Source: an uncultured Actinomycetes bacterium
GTDB taxonomy: Bacteria > Actinomycetota > Thermoleophilia > Gaiellales > Gaiellaceae
Length of the DNA stretch: 64,000 nt
Direction: 5' to 3'
Assembly: GCA_963747715.1 (NCBI GenBank)
Contig: CAVVGB010000005.1
Span: 111,808 to 175,807 of the forward strand
How positions within the stretch are numbered: the stretch's first letter is position 1; every line of letters starts with the position of its first letter. Position numbers and translations under genes: made by a program. The notes under the pieces were generated by a model. It was not told the DNA's origin. It was given only the letters and a program-made list of their open reading frames with translations, and searched no databases. Below, piece by piece: positions 1-9,411 of the stretch.

Positions 1-1
1 T

Positions 2-331
2 GGCTGTTTCGAAGACGTTCTGGTGACCGACGAATTCGAGCCGGACAAGCCGGGCGCCCATCAGCTCAAGTACTACGCCCGTGGCGTCGGCAACGTTCGA
101 ACCGGCTGGCGAGGTGAGGATGCAGATAAAGAGGAATTGGGACTGACCAAGGTGGTGCACCTGAGCCAAAGCGCCCTGGCCGAGGCCCGCTCCGAGGCGC
201 TGAAACTGGAGGCACGCGCCTCCACGTACAGTGAGGCGCCGCGGAGCCGCTTGGCGCCCAATAGGCATCGCGGTGGGTCGTTAGCCTTGCTTTGCAGGCC
301 GGATGCCCTCCCCGATCTAAGGGCCGGCTGA
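2..331 (+). CDS. hypothetical protein, C-terminal fragment (CDS enters from upstream of window)
   Basis: The frame of ORF 23..331 stays open back to the window edge. Third-position GC is high. No domain recognised. Confidence 0.4.
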   Translation, partial: GCFEDVLVTDEFEPDKPGAHQLKYYARGVGNVRTGWRGEDADKEELGLTKVVHLSQSALAEARSEALKLEARASTYSEAPRSRLAPNRHRGGSLALLCRPDALPDLRAG

Positions 332-334
332 TCC

Positions 335-1078
335 TTATCGCGTGCCGGTGAAGCCGTACGAGGTCAAGAGCAAGGATTCCTCTTGACTTAGCCCGATTCC
401 GGGGGCGTAGGTCTTGAATTCCTTTTCACCCGGATCCAGGGCGTTCCCCTCCTGTGTCTTCAGGCTATTCGAGAACGAGCCTGCTGGCGTCTCGAGGGTT
501 TCGTCAAGACTCACGACCTCGGCTCGGTCCAATGCCACATCTGGGGCAATCTCCTGGTAGTACCTCATGCCGACGGTCGGATCGCCGGACATGATCAAGC
601 CGGCTTTCGCACCCTTCTTCCCTGCCAGCCACGCTCCGCTGTGACTGAACACTTCTCCGTCCTTGTAGTCATCGACCTCTTCACCAAAATAGAAGACGTC
701 TTTTGTTGACGGGCAAATAGCGAAGAAGTTTCGCGAGACCTCGATTATCTCCCCGTCTTTCCATTCCCTCTCCTCGACGACGCGCGTCGTGATGCTCGTA
801 ACCTTCCCGGTTTCGTCGAGCACTCCGCTGATCGTTTTCGTGTCGTCGAGAACTGTTATCTGAACCTTTTCACTGCCTCCTTCGAGAACGAGCTGGAATC
901 CACGCTCCAGGATGAAGAACTGATTTCGCCCCGTGGACGCTAACTCACACTCTGAAATGCCAAACTCCTGCTTCCACGACGGGTCGGCACCGAAGTCCGA
1001 CTCGGGAGCACCGCATGCAACTGCAAGGAGGACAACCACCCCAACGACTGGCGCGAGCAAGTGAATTTTGTTTCTCAC
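335..1078 (-). CDS. putative lipoprotein of unknown function, low-GC gene
   Basis: ORF 335..1138. GTG at 1078 is preceded by AGAGGA. Signal peptide with lipobox LLAVAC. Several 60-nt lines count 42-50% GC against about 68% elsewhere. Confidence 0.6.
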   Translation of the reverse strand: MRNKIHLLAPVVGVVVLLAVACGAPESDFGADPSWKQEFGISECELASTGRNQFFILERGFQLVLEGGSEKVQITVLDDTKTISGVLDETGKVTSITTRVVEEREWKDGEIIEVSRNFFAICPSTKDVFYFGEEVDDYKDGEVFSHSGAWLAGKKGAKAGLIMSGDPTVGMRYYQEIAPDVALDRAEVVSLDETLETPAGSFSNSLKTQEGNALDPGEKEFKTYAPGIGLSQEESLLLTSYGFTGTR

Positions 1079-1220
1079 GCCATGTCCTCTCGTGTCCAAG
1101 ATCGTCGTAGCTGGCAGTCGGTTGCGGGACGGGTGCACCTCCCGCGAGGGAAGCTGCTTTCTAGGCTAGGACGGGCAATAGGAAGATGAGAGGAGCCGAC
1201 CAATTCGGGCGACCATCACC

Positions 1221-1676
1221 TCAAAGCCCGTAGGCGGCTCGCTCGAGCGCCTCTGCCACGTCCCCGGCGCTGCGTCCCGGCGTGTCGTTCCAACCGTGGA
1301 CGTACCTGGCGGTTGAGCCGCCCAGAGAGCCCGCGAACCGAAGCACCTTGCCCTCCATCTCCGTTCGATGAAGGCTGAGCTCCCCCGCGGCTTCGCCGAC
1401 CGCGCCTGCCGCGCACAGCGGGCCGCCCGCTGCCCAGGGACCCTGGCACAGCCCTCGTTCTCGAACGATCTCCGCTGCGCGGGCGAGGACGGGATCCGGA
1501 TCGGCCAGAGGCTGAGCCTCGAGTGGAGCGATGGGATTCACGGTGGTTTTCGCCACCGAGCGGTCCTCCTTCCGCAGGCCCGTCGGACGGGCTCGCGTGA
1601 CTCCGGAGGCCATACCCACCTCGAGCATTCCTGCAAGCGCAGCCTTCATACCCATGACACAACCCTTATCGGACAT
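1221..1676 (-). CDS. hypothetical protein (DUF6197-like by recollection)
   Basis: 151-aa ORF with good GC3. The C-terminal motif GWNDTPGRSAGDV resembles phage or actinobacterial DUF6197 proteins; this is unverified. Confidence 0.5.
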   Translation of the reverse strand: MSDKGCVMGMKAALAGMLEVGMASGVTRARPTGLRKEDRSVAKTTVNPIAPLEAQPLADPDPVLARAAEIVRERGLCQGPWAAGGPLCAAGAVGEAAGELSLHRTEMEGKVLRFAGSLGGSTARYVHGWNDTPGRSAGDVAEALERAAYGL

Positions 1677-1738
1677 TCGGCGTCCGCACGATAGGGCGGT
1701 CGGATGAGACGAAGATGAGAGGACGCGGGCCGGGGCGA

Positions 1739-1799
1739 GGTCTCGAAAACCGTTATCCGTCGTTAGGCTGATCGAGGGTTCGAATCCCTCCCCCTCCGC
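1739..1799 (+). repeat. tRNA-Ser(CGA)-derived 3' fragment, direct-repeat copy 1 (no 5' half)
   Basis: Contains an anticodon loop CTCGAAA, a long variable arm, a T arm GAGGG-TTCGAAT-CCCTC and the acceptor 3' strand CCCCTCC. Matches 6384..6444 at 60 of 61 nt. No GGAGGGG 5' acceptor strand lies upstream, and the variable-arm stem carries a mismatch. Confidence 0.75.
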
Positions 1800-1831
1800 C
1801 TCCCAACCACCCTCAGCGCTCGACTAAAGAC

Positions 1832-1865
1832 GACGCGGCCGGCTACAAGGCACGCCGGCCGCGTC
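1832..1865 (-). terminator. hairpin terminator candidate after the 3389->1883 minus-strand gene string
   Basis: Perfect 12-bp stem GACGCGGCCGGC/GCCGGCCGCGTC with a 10-nt loop, about 18 nt past the stop at 1883. On the minus strand it is followed by GTCTTTAG. Confidence 0.55.
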
Positions 1866-1882
1866 ATGTTCCGCACCGTTAC

Positions 1883-2149
1883 CTAATCGTTCGTCTGGTC
1901 GAAGCACTCGTCGACTGAGCCGTGGAACTGCGCGACGTGGCTGTACACGTTGCGGCCCGCAGGCTGGGCGTTGTGCGCAAAGTTCTGAGCGACTTCGTAC
2001 CTGTACATCTCGGGCTCGCCCCCGCCGTGCGCGAAGAACGACGAGAACGCGCCGACGCACCCGGCACCTTCGTTTGGCCCGGCCGATGCGTTCCCTATCG
2101 GCGCTACCAACGCTGCCAGCGCTGCGCCAATGACGATCATCCTCTTCAT
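1883..2149 (-). CDS. small secreted protein, unknown function
   Basis: ATG at 2149 with GGAGGAGAGAG upstream. Signal peptide MKRMIVIGAALAALVAPIGNASA. 88 aa. Confidence 0.55.
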   Translation of the reverse strand: MKRMIVIGAALAALVAPIGNASAGPNEGAGCVGAFSSFFAHGGGEPEMYRYEVAQNFAHNAQPAGRNVYSHVAQFHGSVDECFDQTND

Positions 2150-2427
2150 CTCTCTCCTCCTTCTGAGTTGACTGACTCGACCGCTTCTGTCACACGGTCG
2201 AACGCGAGGCCCGCGAAGCGCCCCGCCACCCGTACGGTTTCGGCCGAGGCTGCTTCGAAGAGGTGGAAACAGGTCTCGTCGTCGGGAACGAAGATCAAGC
2301 GCAGGTAGCACACATCGGAGCCCGAGCGACGCAGCGCGGCGGCTGCGGCGCGGGCTCGCTCGGCGGCTTTCTCCACCTCGCCCGCCCGCAACCGCGGCAT
2401 GTACACCTCGACCAGAAACGTCGGCAC
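2146..2427 (-). CDS. small conserved hypothetical protein (DUF4242-like pattern)
   Basis: Its GTG start at 2427 shares one base with the upstream stop (TAGTG). The sequence VPTFLVEVYMP...YLRLIFVPDDETCFHLFEA matches a common actinobacterial family by recollection. Confidence 0.55.
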   Translation of the reverse strand: MPTFLVEVYMPRLRAGEVEKAAERARAAAAALRRSGSDVCYLRLIFVPDDETCFHLFEAASAETVRVAGRFAGLAFDRVTEAVESVNSEGGER

Positions 2428-3389
2428 TAGAAAGCGACCCGGGTCAGCGTGTCTGCCGCCTGGCTTGCGACCCAGACGGCGCCCGCGCCGACAGCGATGG
2501 CCTGAGCACGCGGTCCAATCTCGAACTCGCCGACGACCTTGTTGGTAGCCGCGTCGATCCTCAGCAGCGTGCCGTCGGTCGCGTGCGCCACCCACACAGC
2601 TCCGCCGCCGACCGCCACCGTCGTCGGGCCGTCCCCGACCGAGATCTCGGTCGTCTCGCCCGAGTCGGGGTCGACACGGGTAACCGAGTCGCCGTCGAAG
2701 TTTGCAACCCAGACGGCGCCCTCGCCGATCGTGACACCGAGCGGCCCGCGGCCGACCTTGATGGGCTCGGCGATGGGCTTCGCCGTCGCCGAGTCGAGCC
2801 GCGTGACTGTGCCGTCCACCGCATTCGAGACCCAGACCACCCCGTCACCGACGGCGATGCCCCCACCGGCCGCACCCGCGAAGGGCTCCGACCCGACCAC
2901 GATCTGCTTCCCAAGCGGCTTGCCCGACCTCGCATCGATCCGGCTGACGGTTCCGTCCGAGCCATTCGAGACCCAAACGACGCCGTTGGAGACCGCGAGG
3001 GCGAGCGGATCGCGCCCAACACGTATCGGATCGCCTACGAGCTCGCGCGTGGTGGAATCGATGCGCGCGACCGTGTCGGTCCTGAAGTTGCCGACCCAGA
3101 GGTCACCGTCGCCGGCGGCGAGAGCCGACGGCCCCATGCCCTCCAGCTCCACCTCGCCGAGCGGCGTCTCCGTAGCGGCGTCGACGGCCGTCAGGGAGTG
3201 CCCGCCGAGGTTGGCGGTCCACACCACGCCGTCCACAACCGCGACGGCGAGGGGTCGGTTTCCAACCGCGATCTTCTTCACTTCCGGTTTGCGGCTGGAG
3301 TCCGGCTCCGACGGGTTGGACTCGCTGCCACACGCCGCCAAGAGGCCTGCCAGCGCGAAGCCGCAGACCAGTTGCGCCATGCCTCTCAT
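2427..3389 (-). CDS. beta-propeller repeat lipoprotein (YVTN/NHL-like repeats)
   Basis: 320-aa ORF with lipobox LLAACG and about 7 repeats of the form G..VWV.N..D.TV.RID.... Confidence 0.75.
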   Translation of the reverse strand: MRGMAQLVCGFALAGLLAACGSESNPSEPDSSRKPEVKKIAVGNRPLAVAVVDGVVWTANLGGHSLTAVDAATETPLGEVELEGMGPSALAAGDGDLWVGNFRTDTVARIDSTTRELVGDPIRVGRDPLALAVSNGVVWVSNGSDGTVSRIDARSGKPLGKQIVVGSEPFAGAAGGGIAVGDGVVWVSNAVDGTVTRLDSATAKPIAEPIKVGRGPLGVTIGEGAVWVANFDGDSVTRVDPDSGETTEISVGDGPTTVAVGGGAVWVAHATDGTLLRIDAATNKVVGEFEIGPRAQAIAVGAGAVWVASQAADTLTRVAF

Positions 3390-3466
3390 TTCGCCTCCTG
3401 CCCAAGTGGATCAGCCATGGCCCCGAGGCTACGGCGGCTCGGCGCGAGACGAAATTCAGGAAACCC

Positions 3467-6242
3467 CTACAGTTTGGCGGGCGGGACGCCTTCCGCGATA
3501 CGGCGAGCAAGCTCGGTTCGGGAGTGGATGCCGAGCTTTGCGTAGATCCGCGACAGGTTCGTCTCGACCGTCTTCGCGGTCACGAACATCGCCGCCGCGA
3601 CCTCCTTGTTCGAGCGTCCCTCGGCGACAAGCTGCGCGATTCGCTGCTCAGTGGGCGTCAGCACGCCGCCCGAGGGACTGCGGCCGCTGATTCGGCTGAG
3701 CTCCCCCCGCGTCCGCTCGGCGAAGAGCTTCGCGCCGAGGCGTTCGAACTCGGCGAGGGCAAGCTCGAGCATCTCCCGCGCAGCGGCTTTCTGCTTGGCG
3801 CGCCGCTTCGCGCCGCCGTAGGCCAGCAGCGTTCGCGCGCGGTCGAAAGGGAGGCGGGAGCGGTCGTGCTCGGCAAGGGCTCGCTCAAACGCGGCAAGTG
3901 AGCTGCCGAAGTCACCGACCGAAGCGGCCAGGAGGCCGCGGCACCGCAACGACTGCGCGAGTGCGGCGTTCCGTCCCAACCGCACGGCATTCCCTTCGTA
4001 CCACTCGAGCAGAGACTGGGCCTCGTCGAGCTGAGCAACCTCGATCAGCGCTTCGACAAGGTCGATGGCGAAGCGCGTCCAGCACGGGTCGGCGATCTCT
4101 TCCTTCTGCACGAATTCAATGAGAGGACTCAGGCGCTCAACGGTCGCCGCCGGCTGCTGGAGCGAGAGCTCGAGCAGCCCAAGAGCGGCTGTCGCGACCA
4201 GCTGCGCGGGCCGCGCGTTCATGCCGTCCGCGAGCGCCAGCGCATGCTCGCCCGCTTCGCGCGCGAGGTCGGCGCGCCCTGTATGAGCCTCGACGAGCGC
4301 ACGGACGCCGAGCAAGTACGCCTCGAGGGATCGCTGGCCAGCCTGCTCCGCGAGCTCGTAGCCCTCCTCTGCATGACGGCGCGCAGACTCGAACTCGCCG
4401 GCCAGGCAATCGGCCTGCGCCAGGAGTACGAGGACGTACGGAAGCGAGCCTTCGTCGCCGATCTCGCGGCCACGCTCGATGAGCTCCCTGAACGCGGTGC
4501 GCGCACGCTCGATCTCCTCTTGCCACATCCAGACGACTGCGCACTGGAACTTCGGCTGAGCGAGGAGTCGCAGGTGCTCGCACACGGACTGATGCGCGAT
4601 CGCCTCCTCGAGCGTCGCCGTGGCCGCTTGGCGACCGAGGATGGCCTGAGACAGCAACTGCGTCCCGAGGGCTTCGGCCAGGAGCGCCTCGTTCCCGACA
4701 TCGCGCGCGAGCGCGACGGCTGCCTCGGCGTGGTGGACGGCCTCGGCCAACCGTTCACGCAGCTTGAAAAGACCGCCCGCCACGCCCTCATGAGCCTCAG
4801 CGCGCATGACTTTGTCGGGGCCGGCCTCGACGATCGCCTGTAGGCCGAGATCGATCGGCGCCCGCAGGTCGTCGTCGTAGGCGCGCACGCGAGCGAGCCG
4901 GTTCAACACTCGTGCCCGCTCGGGGCCGGGCGCAGCTTGCGCGAGAAGCGTCTCGAGGAGCACGCGCGCGCGGCGGCTGTCGCCCGATTCGAAGTGGTGG
5001 TAGGCGGCGTCTCCCGACCGACGGCGAGCGGCCGCAGGATCGTCGGCGGGAGTGAGCTCGGCTGCGCGCTCGAGCAGCTCGGCCGCAGCGGCTGGCGCGC
5101 CGCGCGCGTGGGCATGGTCCGCTGCCGCCGCGAGGGCAGTAGCGACGTGCGCGTCAGGTCCTGTCGCCGCAAGCGCCAGGTGACGCGCCGCCTCCTCCGG
5201 GTCGTGCACGAGCTCCGCCAGCCGAGCGTGGATCGTGCGCCGCTTGGGCGCGTCCACCCCGAGGTACGCACCCGAGGCGAGGAGCGGATGTTCGAACTGG
5301 ATGCGGCCCCGTTGGAGCTCGATGACGTGCGCATGCTCGGCTGCGCCGAGCGCGTCGACCCCGCCCTCGACGACACCGTCGACTAGCTCGGCGGTCGGCT
5401 GCGCAAGCGCCGCGGCGACGGCCAGCGCGTACTGCGTCGCGGCCGGAAGCGCTACCAGCCGATCGCGGACGAGCGTCCCGAGCGTCTCCGGCAGCTGACT
5501 TCCCGGGCTCGCTCGCTTGCGCACGGGCTAGCTCGAGCGCGAAGAACGGGTTTCCGCCCGAGAGCTCGTGGATTCGACGCAGCAGAGGGCGCGGAAGGGT
5601 GACCCCGAGCCGCTCGCGGAGCAGGCGGTGCAACGAACCGAGGCTCAGCGGTCCGAGAGTCAAGCGCCGCAGGCGCTCTTCGACCGCGCGCTCGAGCGCG
5701 AGTGGCTCATCGTCGCCCACGAGGCGACGGGTGAGCAGAAGCGCGACGGGTTCGTCCCTCAGCCGCCGGGCGGCGTACTCGATCACGGCCAGCGACGGCG
5801 GGTCGAGCCATTGGAGATCGTCGACCGCGACAAGGAGAGGTTGATGGCGCGCCAGCGCGCGGAGCCCGCCGAGGAAGGCCGTCGAGATCCCGCGCGGGTC
5901 CGGCGGCGCGGCGCCGGGCTCGCGGAGCAGGAGAGCGACCTCGAGCGCCCGCGCCTGCGGCGGCGGAAGCTCTGGCATGAGATCGCCCGCCGCCTCGCCG
6001 AGCAGATCGCCAAGGCCTGCGAACGACAGATTCGTTTCGCTCTCCGACGGCCGCGTCTCGAGCACACGGAAGCCGTTGCCCCGGGCAAGCTCGACGCCGT
6101 GTCGCCAGACCGTGCTCTTGCCGATTCCCGCCTCACCCTCGAGCAAAAGCGTCCCGGGCAGGTCATTGGGCGCTTGGAGGAATGCCGCGACGAGCGAGAG
6201 CTCCTCGTCGCGTCCGACGATGGCGAGAGCGGCCGTTTCCAT
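3467..6242 (-). pseudogene. LuxR/LAL-family regulator (AAA ATPase N-domain, TPR-like middle, LuxR HTH C-terminus), one frameshift
   Basis: ORF 5154..6242 carries Walker A GEAGIGKS up to ...GGNPFFALELARA. ORF 3467..5524 continues with ...QLPETLGTLVRDRL and ends in a LuxR HTH (EVAAAMFVTAKTVETNLSRIYAKLG). The frames differ by +1 near 5495-5525, and the total length is 3n+1. Confidence 0.8.
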
Positions 6243-6383
6243 CCCCGCAGATGATGCTACGAAGCGACGCGCGCGACTAGAGGCGGCGTGCGTAGGGATG
6301 TACTGTCCGTTTCGGGATCAGGGCGGCGCTGGCGACCAACCTGGCGCACCGGATGTGAACCCCCTGCTAATCCGCCTTAGCTC

Positions 6384-6444
6384 GGTCTCGAAAACCGTTA
6401 TCCGTCGTTAGGCGGATCGAGGGTTCGAATCCCTCCCCCTCCGC
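6384..6444 (+). repeat. tRNA-Ser(CGA)-derived 3' fragment, direct-repeat copy 2 (no 5' half)
   Basis: Matches copy 1 at 60 of 61 nt. Its variable arm pairs fully (ATCCGTC/GGCGGAT). No complementary 5' acceptor strand occurs within 100 nt upstream. Confidence 0.75.
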
Positions 6445-6476
6445 TTTCTTCGTGCTTCCGCGCGCGTAGCGCGGAG

Positions 6477-6836
6477 CTAGCGCCGCGAGAAACGGTGGGA
6501 GCGCAGACGCGCTCGACTCGCATTCGGCTCGGGGACGAACGCGAGGCGTCCGACCGGGCCGTGAAGGGTCTCGAACTCGACCAGCTCGCCGGCGCATCGG
6601 CCCGCGGGCTTCTCACCGGGCAAGAACGCCGTCCCGAGTACGTCCATGCGTTCACCGTCGTCGGTTCGCAGCGCTCCAAGATCCTTCGCCGCGTTGAACC
6701 ACAACATCGTGCCGCGTACGCGGATCGCTCCTGCGGAGGCGTCGGGGCCAAGGGAACCGATTTGCTGCGTCGGCCCTTCGTCCCCGCGAATCACACCGTC
6801 CGTTTGGCCGAGCCGCCCGACGGTTCCGTCTGCCAT
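6477..6836 (-). CDS. cold-shock-domain-like protein with N-terminal extension
   Basis: 119-aa ORF. GTMLWFNAAKDLGALRTDDGERMDV...VEFE resembles the CspA fold. GAGGGGGG lies upstream of the ATG. Confidence 0.5.
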   Translation of the reverse strand: MADGTVGRLGQTDGVIRGDEGPTQQIGSLGPDASAGAIRVRGTMLWFNAAKDLGALRTDDGERMDVLGTAFLPGEKPAGRCAGELVEFETLHGPVGRLAFVPEPNASRARLRSHRFSRR

Positions 6837-6968
6837 GACATGCCCCCCTCACTCGTCGCGAACGGGTGGGGAAGGCGCCGGAGCGCAGACCGGACTCGCT
6901 CTGGATGTCCAACGATCGTAGCAGGCTCGGTTCTCCGCTCCTCTTTCCGGCACCCGCCCTCTGCGACG

Positions 6969-7859
6969 ATGCGGGAAGTGACTGCGTCGAAACGGAGCTG
7001 GAAGTACTACGCGTCGCTTCCTGAGCGAGGCGTGCGGGCGGCTGCGGCCGCGCTTGGCGGCACCCTCGAGGAGACGTTCGCGCTCACGCTTCCCCGCTTC
7101 GTGCGGCGCTCGCGCTTCTACGAGGCGACCGCGAAGAACCTCCTGCGCGTAGCGATCGAGCTCGTCGGCGGTGTCGAGCGCGCACGGCCCGCCGAGCCCG
7201 AGCCCGACGTCGGGGAGCTTGCGAAGCGCAAAGGCGCGGGCAACGTCGTCGAGCTCGGCTCGATCGCCGCCTTCGGGTTCTCGCCGCTTTGGCTTCTCGC
7301 TGCAGCGTCGGATTTCACACACGGGTCGCGCGTCTATCTGAGCGCCCTGACGCAGGAGCTGAAGGCGGCGGGGCTCCTCGCCCCGAACGTCGACGCTCGC
7401 TCCGTCGACGAGGTGTTGGGCGTGATCGAGCAGACGTCGGGCGGTGCGGCGCGGATGATCGACATTCCCCCACTCGAGCTCCGAGAGCTGCGGGCATCGC
7501 TAACGGAATTGCGCGCACACGCGGACTCGCTTCCCTCCGCCGAGGAGCTCGCCGCCCTGTACTCGGCGCTGCGGCGCACCGCCCAAGCTGAGGAGAGATC
7601 GCTCCTCGAGGTCTCGGCAGGCGTGGGACTTGCATTCCTCACCTCGGCGCGGAAGGTGTCGGACGAGCATGTGGTCGCGCCGTACCGCGAGGACTGGAAG
7701 CCGTTGCGTGACGAGGGGTTCGCCGCGTACTCGAGGCGTGTCGGCAAGGCCTACCGCGAAGCCGTCTCCCGCCACCTTCGGTCCGACGAGCCCGCCCACA
7801 GCGAGCGCCTGCTCGAGGGGTTCGCGGCCTGGCGCAGGCGCCGGTCGGGCAAACTCTGA
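6969..7859 (+). CDS. hypothetical protein
   Basis: ATG at 6969 within ORF 6495..7859; the upstream part overlaps the antisense CSD-like gene. 296 aa, helical, with good GC3. Confidence 0.6.
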   Translation: MREVTASKRSWKYYASLPERGVRAAAAALGGTLEETFALTLPRFVRRSRFYEATAKNLLRVAIELVGGVERARPAEPEPDVGELAKRKGAGNVVELGSIAAFGFSPLWLLAAASDFTHGSRVYLSALTQELKAAGLLAPNVDARSVDEVLGVIEQTSGGAARMIDIPPLELRELRASLTELRAHADSLPSAEELAALYSALRRTAQAEERSLLEVSAGVGLAFLTSARKVSDEHVVAPYREDWKPLRDEGFAAYSRRVGKAYREAVSRHLRSDEPAHSERLLEGFAAWRRRRSGKL

Positions 7860-7883
7860 TCGTCTAGAACCGAAAGGAGCCGC

Positions 7884-9377
7884 ATGAGCACCACCCTCGA
7901 GCCTTCGACATGGGAGACGCGCGCCGCCGAGCTCGAGGTCGACGGCCGCGCGATCATCGCCAACCAGTCCGTCGACGCCCGCTCGGGCGAGACGTTCGAG
8001 AAGCGCAGCCCGGTCGACGGGCGCGTCCTCGCGACGGTCGCCGCCGGCGACACTCCGGAGATCGACGACGCCGTCCAGGCGGCTCGGAAGGCGTTCGAGG
8101 ACGGCGTCTGGTCCCAAATCGCACCGCGCAAGCGCAAGCACATCCTGCTCGCGTACGCCGACGCGATCCTCGACCGCAAGGAAGAGCTCGCGCTCGTCTC
8201 CACGCTCGAAATGGGCAAGCCGATCGCCGACTCGATCGGCGAGGTGTCGCTCACGGCTCAGTGCATCGCCTACTACGCGGAGGCGATCGACAAGGTGTAC
8301 GGCGAGGTCGGGCCGACGCCGCCCAACTCGCTCACGCTCGTGACGAAGGAGCCGGCCGGCGTCGTGGGCGCGGTGACGCCCTGGAACTACCCGCTGCTGA
8401 TGCCCGCCTGGAAGTTGGGACCGGCCCTCGCAACCGGCAACTCAGTGGTGCTGAAGCCTGCCGAGCAGACGCCGCTCTCCGCGCTCCTCCTCGGCCAGAT
8501 CGCGGTCGAGGCGGGCCTGCCTCCGGGCGTGCTGAACGTCGTGCCGGGCTTCGGCGAGACGGCGGGGCAGGCGCTCGGGCGCCACATGGACGTGGACGTC
8601 ATCTCGTTCACCGGCTCGGGCGAGGTCGGGAAGCTCTTCCTCCGCTACGCAGGCGAGTCGAACATGAAGATGGTCTGGCTCGAGTGCGGCGGCAAGTCTC
8701 CGAACGTCGTGCTCGCCGACGCTCCCAGCATCGAGGCCGCTGCTCAGGCGATTGCGGACGGCGTGTTCGTGAACGCCGGGCAGATGTGCAACGCCGGCTC
8801 GCGGCTGCTCGTCGAGAAGTCGGTCGCCGACGAGCTCCTCGAGCGGATCGTCGCAGCCGCCGAGCCCTGGAAGCCGGTGCACCCCTTCCAACCCGAGGCG
8901 AAGATGGGAGCCATCGTCGACGACGCGCAGCTCGAGCGTGTGCTCGGCTACATCGAGGCCGGCAAGCAGGAGGCCGAGCTCGTCTCGGGCGGCAACCGCG
9001 CGCTCGAGGAGACTGGCGGCCTGTACGTGGAGCCGACGATCTTCACGGATCCCACCCATGAGTCGAAGGTCGCGCGCGAGGAGATCTTCGGCCCGGTCCT
9101 GACGGTCATCCCGATCGAAGACGCAGAGCGCGGCATCCAGCTCGCGAACGACACGACGTACGGTCTCGCGGCAGGAGTGTGGACGCGCGACATCGGGCGC
9201 GCGTTCCGCGTCGCGCGGGCGATCCGCGCCGGCAACGTCTACATCAACGCGTACGACCGCGGCGACATCTCGCTTCCGTTCGCGACGTTCAAGCAGTCCG
9301 GCATCGGGATCGACAAATCCCTGCACGCGATGGACAAGTACGTTCGCGTGAAGATGACCTGGGTGAACCTCGATTAG
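7884..9377 (+). CDS. aldehyde dehydrogenase family protein
   Basis: Intact 497-aa ORF with ALDH signatures (EMGKP, FTGS, ECGGKSP). Confidence 0.95.
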   Translation: MSTTLEPSTWETRAAELEVDGRAIIANQSVDARSGETFEKRSPVDGRVLATVAAGDTPEIDDAVQAARKAFEDGVWSQIAPRKRKHILLAYADAILDRKEELALVSTLEMGKPIADSIGEVSLTAQCIAYYAEAIDKVYGEVGPTPPNSLTLVTKEPAGVVGAVTPWNYPLLMPAWKLGPALATGNSVVLKPAEQTPLSALLLGQIAVEAGLPPGVLNVVPGFGETAGQALGRHMDVDVISFTGSGEVGKLFLRYAGESNMKMVWLECGGKSPNVVLADAPSIEAAAQAIADGVFVNAGQMCNAGSRLLVEKSVADELLERIVAAAEPWKPVHPFQPEAKMGAIVDDAQLERVLGYIEAGKQEAELVSGGNRALEETGGLYVEPTIFTDPTHESKVAREEIFGPVLTVIPIEDAERGIQLANDTTYGLAAGVWTRDIGRAFRVARAIRAGNVYINAYDRGDISLPFATFKQSGIGIDKSLHAMDKYVRVKMTWVNLD

Positions 9378-9387
9378 CTAACGCCGG

Positions 9388-9411
9388 CCGCGTCGTTACT
9401 TGACGACGCGG
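9388..9411. terminator. hairpin between convergent genes
   Basis: 9-bp stem CCGCGTCGT/ACGACGCGG spanning the stop of the minus-strand gene. No clear T tract. Confidence 0.35.

Noticed and set aside
1183-1722. Short motif GATGAGA(GGA) upstream of both minus-strand genes (about 1186-1195; twice at about 1703-1722). It might be a shared operator.
   Set aside because: There are only three short copies, one of them partly inside the tRNA-fragment flank. That is too little information to tell from chance.
6355-6444. Possible complete tRNA-Ser(CGA) or tRNA-Sec at either repeat copy. The upstream GAAGATG at 1711 is reminiscent of the selC 5' end.
   Set aside because: No sequence complementary to the acceptor 3' strand CCCCTCC and no D arm occurs in the about 100 nt upstream of either copy. 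The anticodon is CGA, not TCA.
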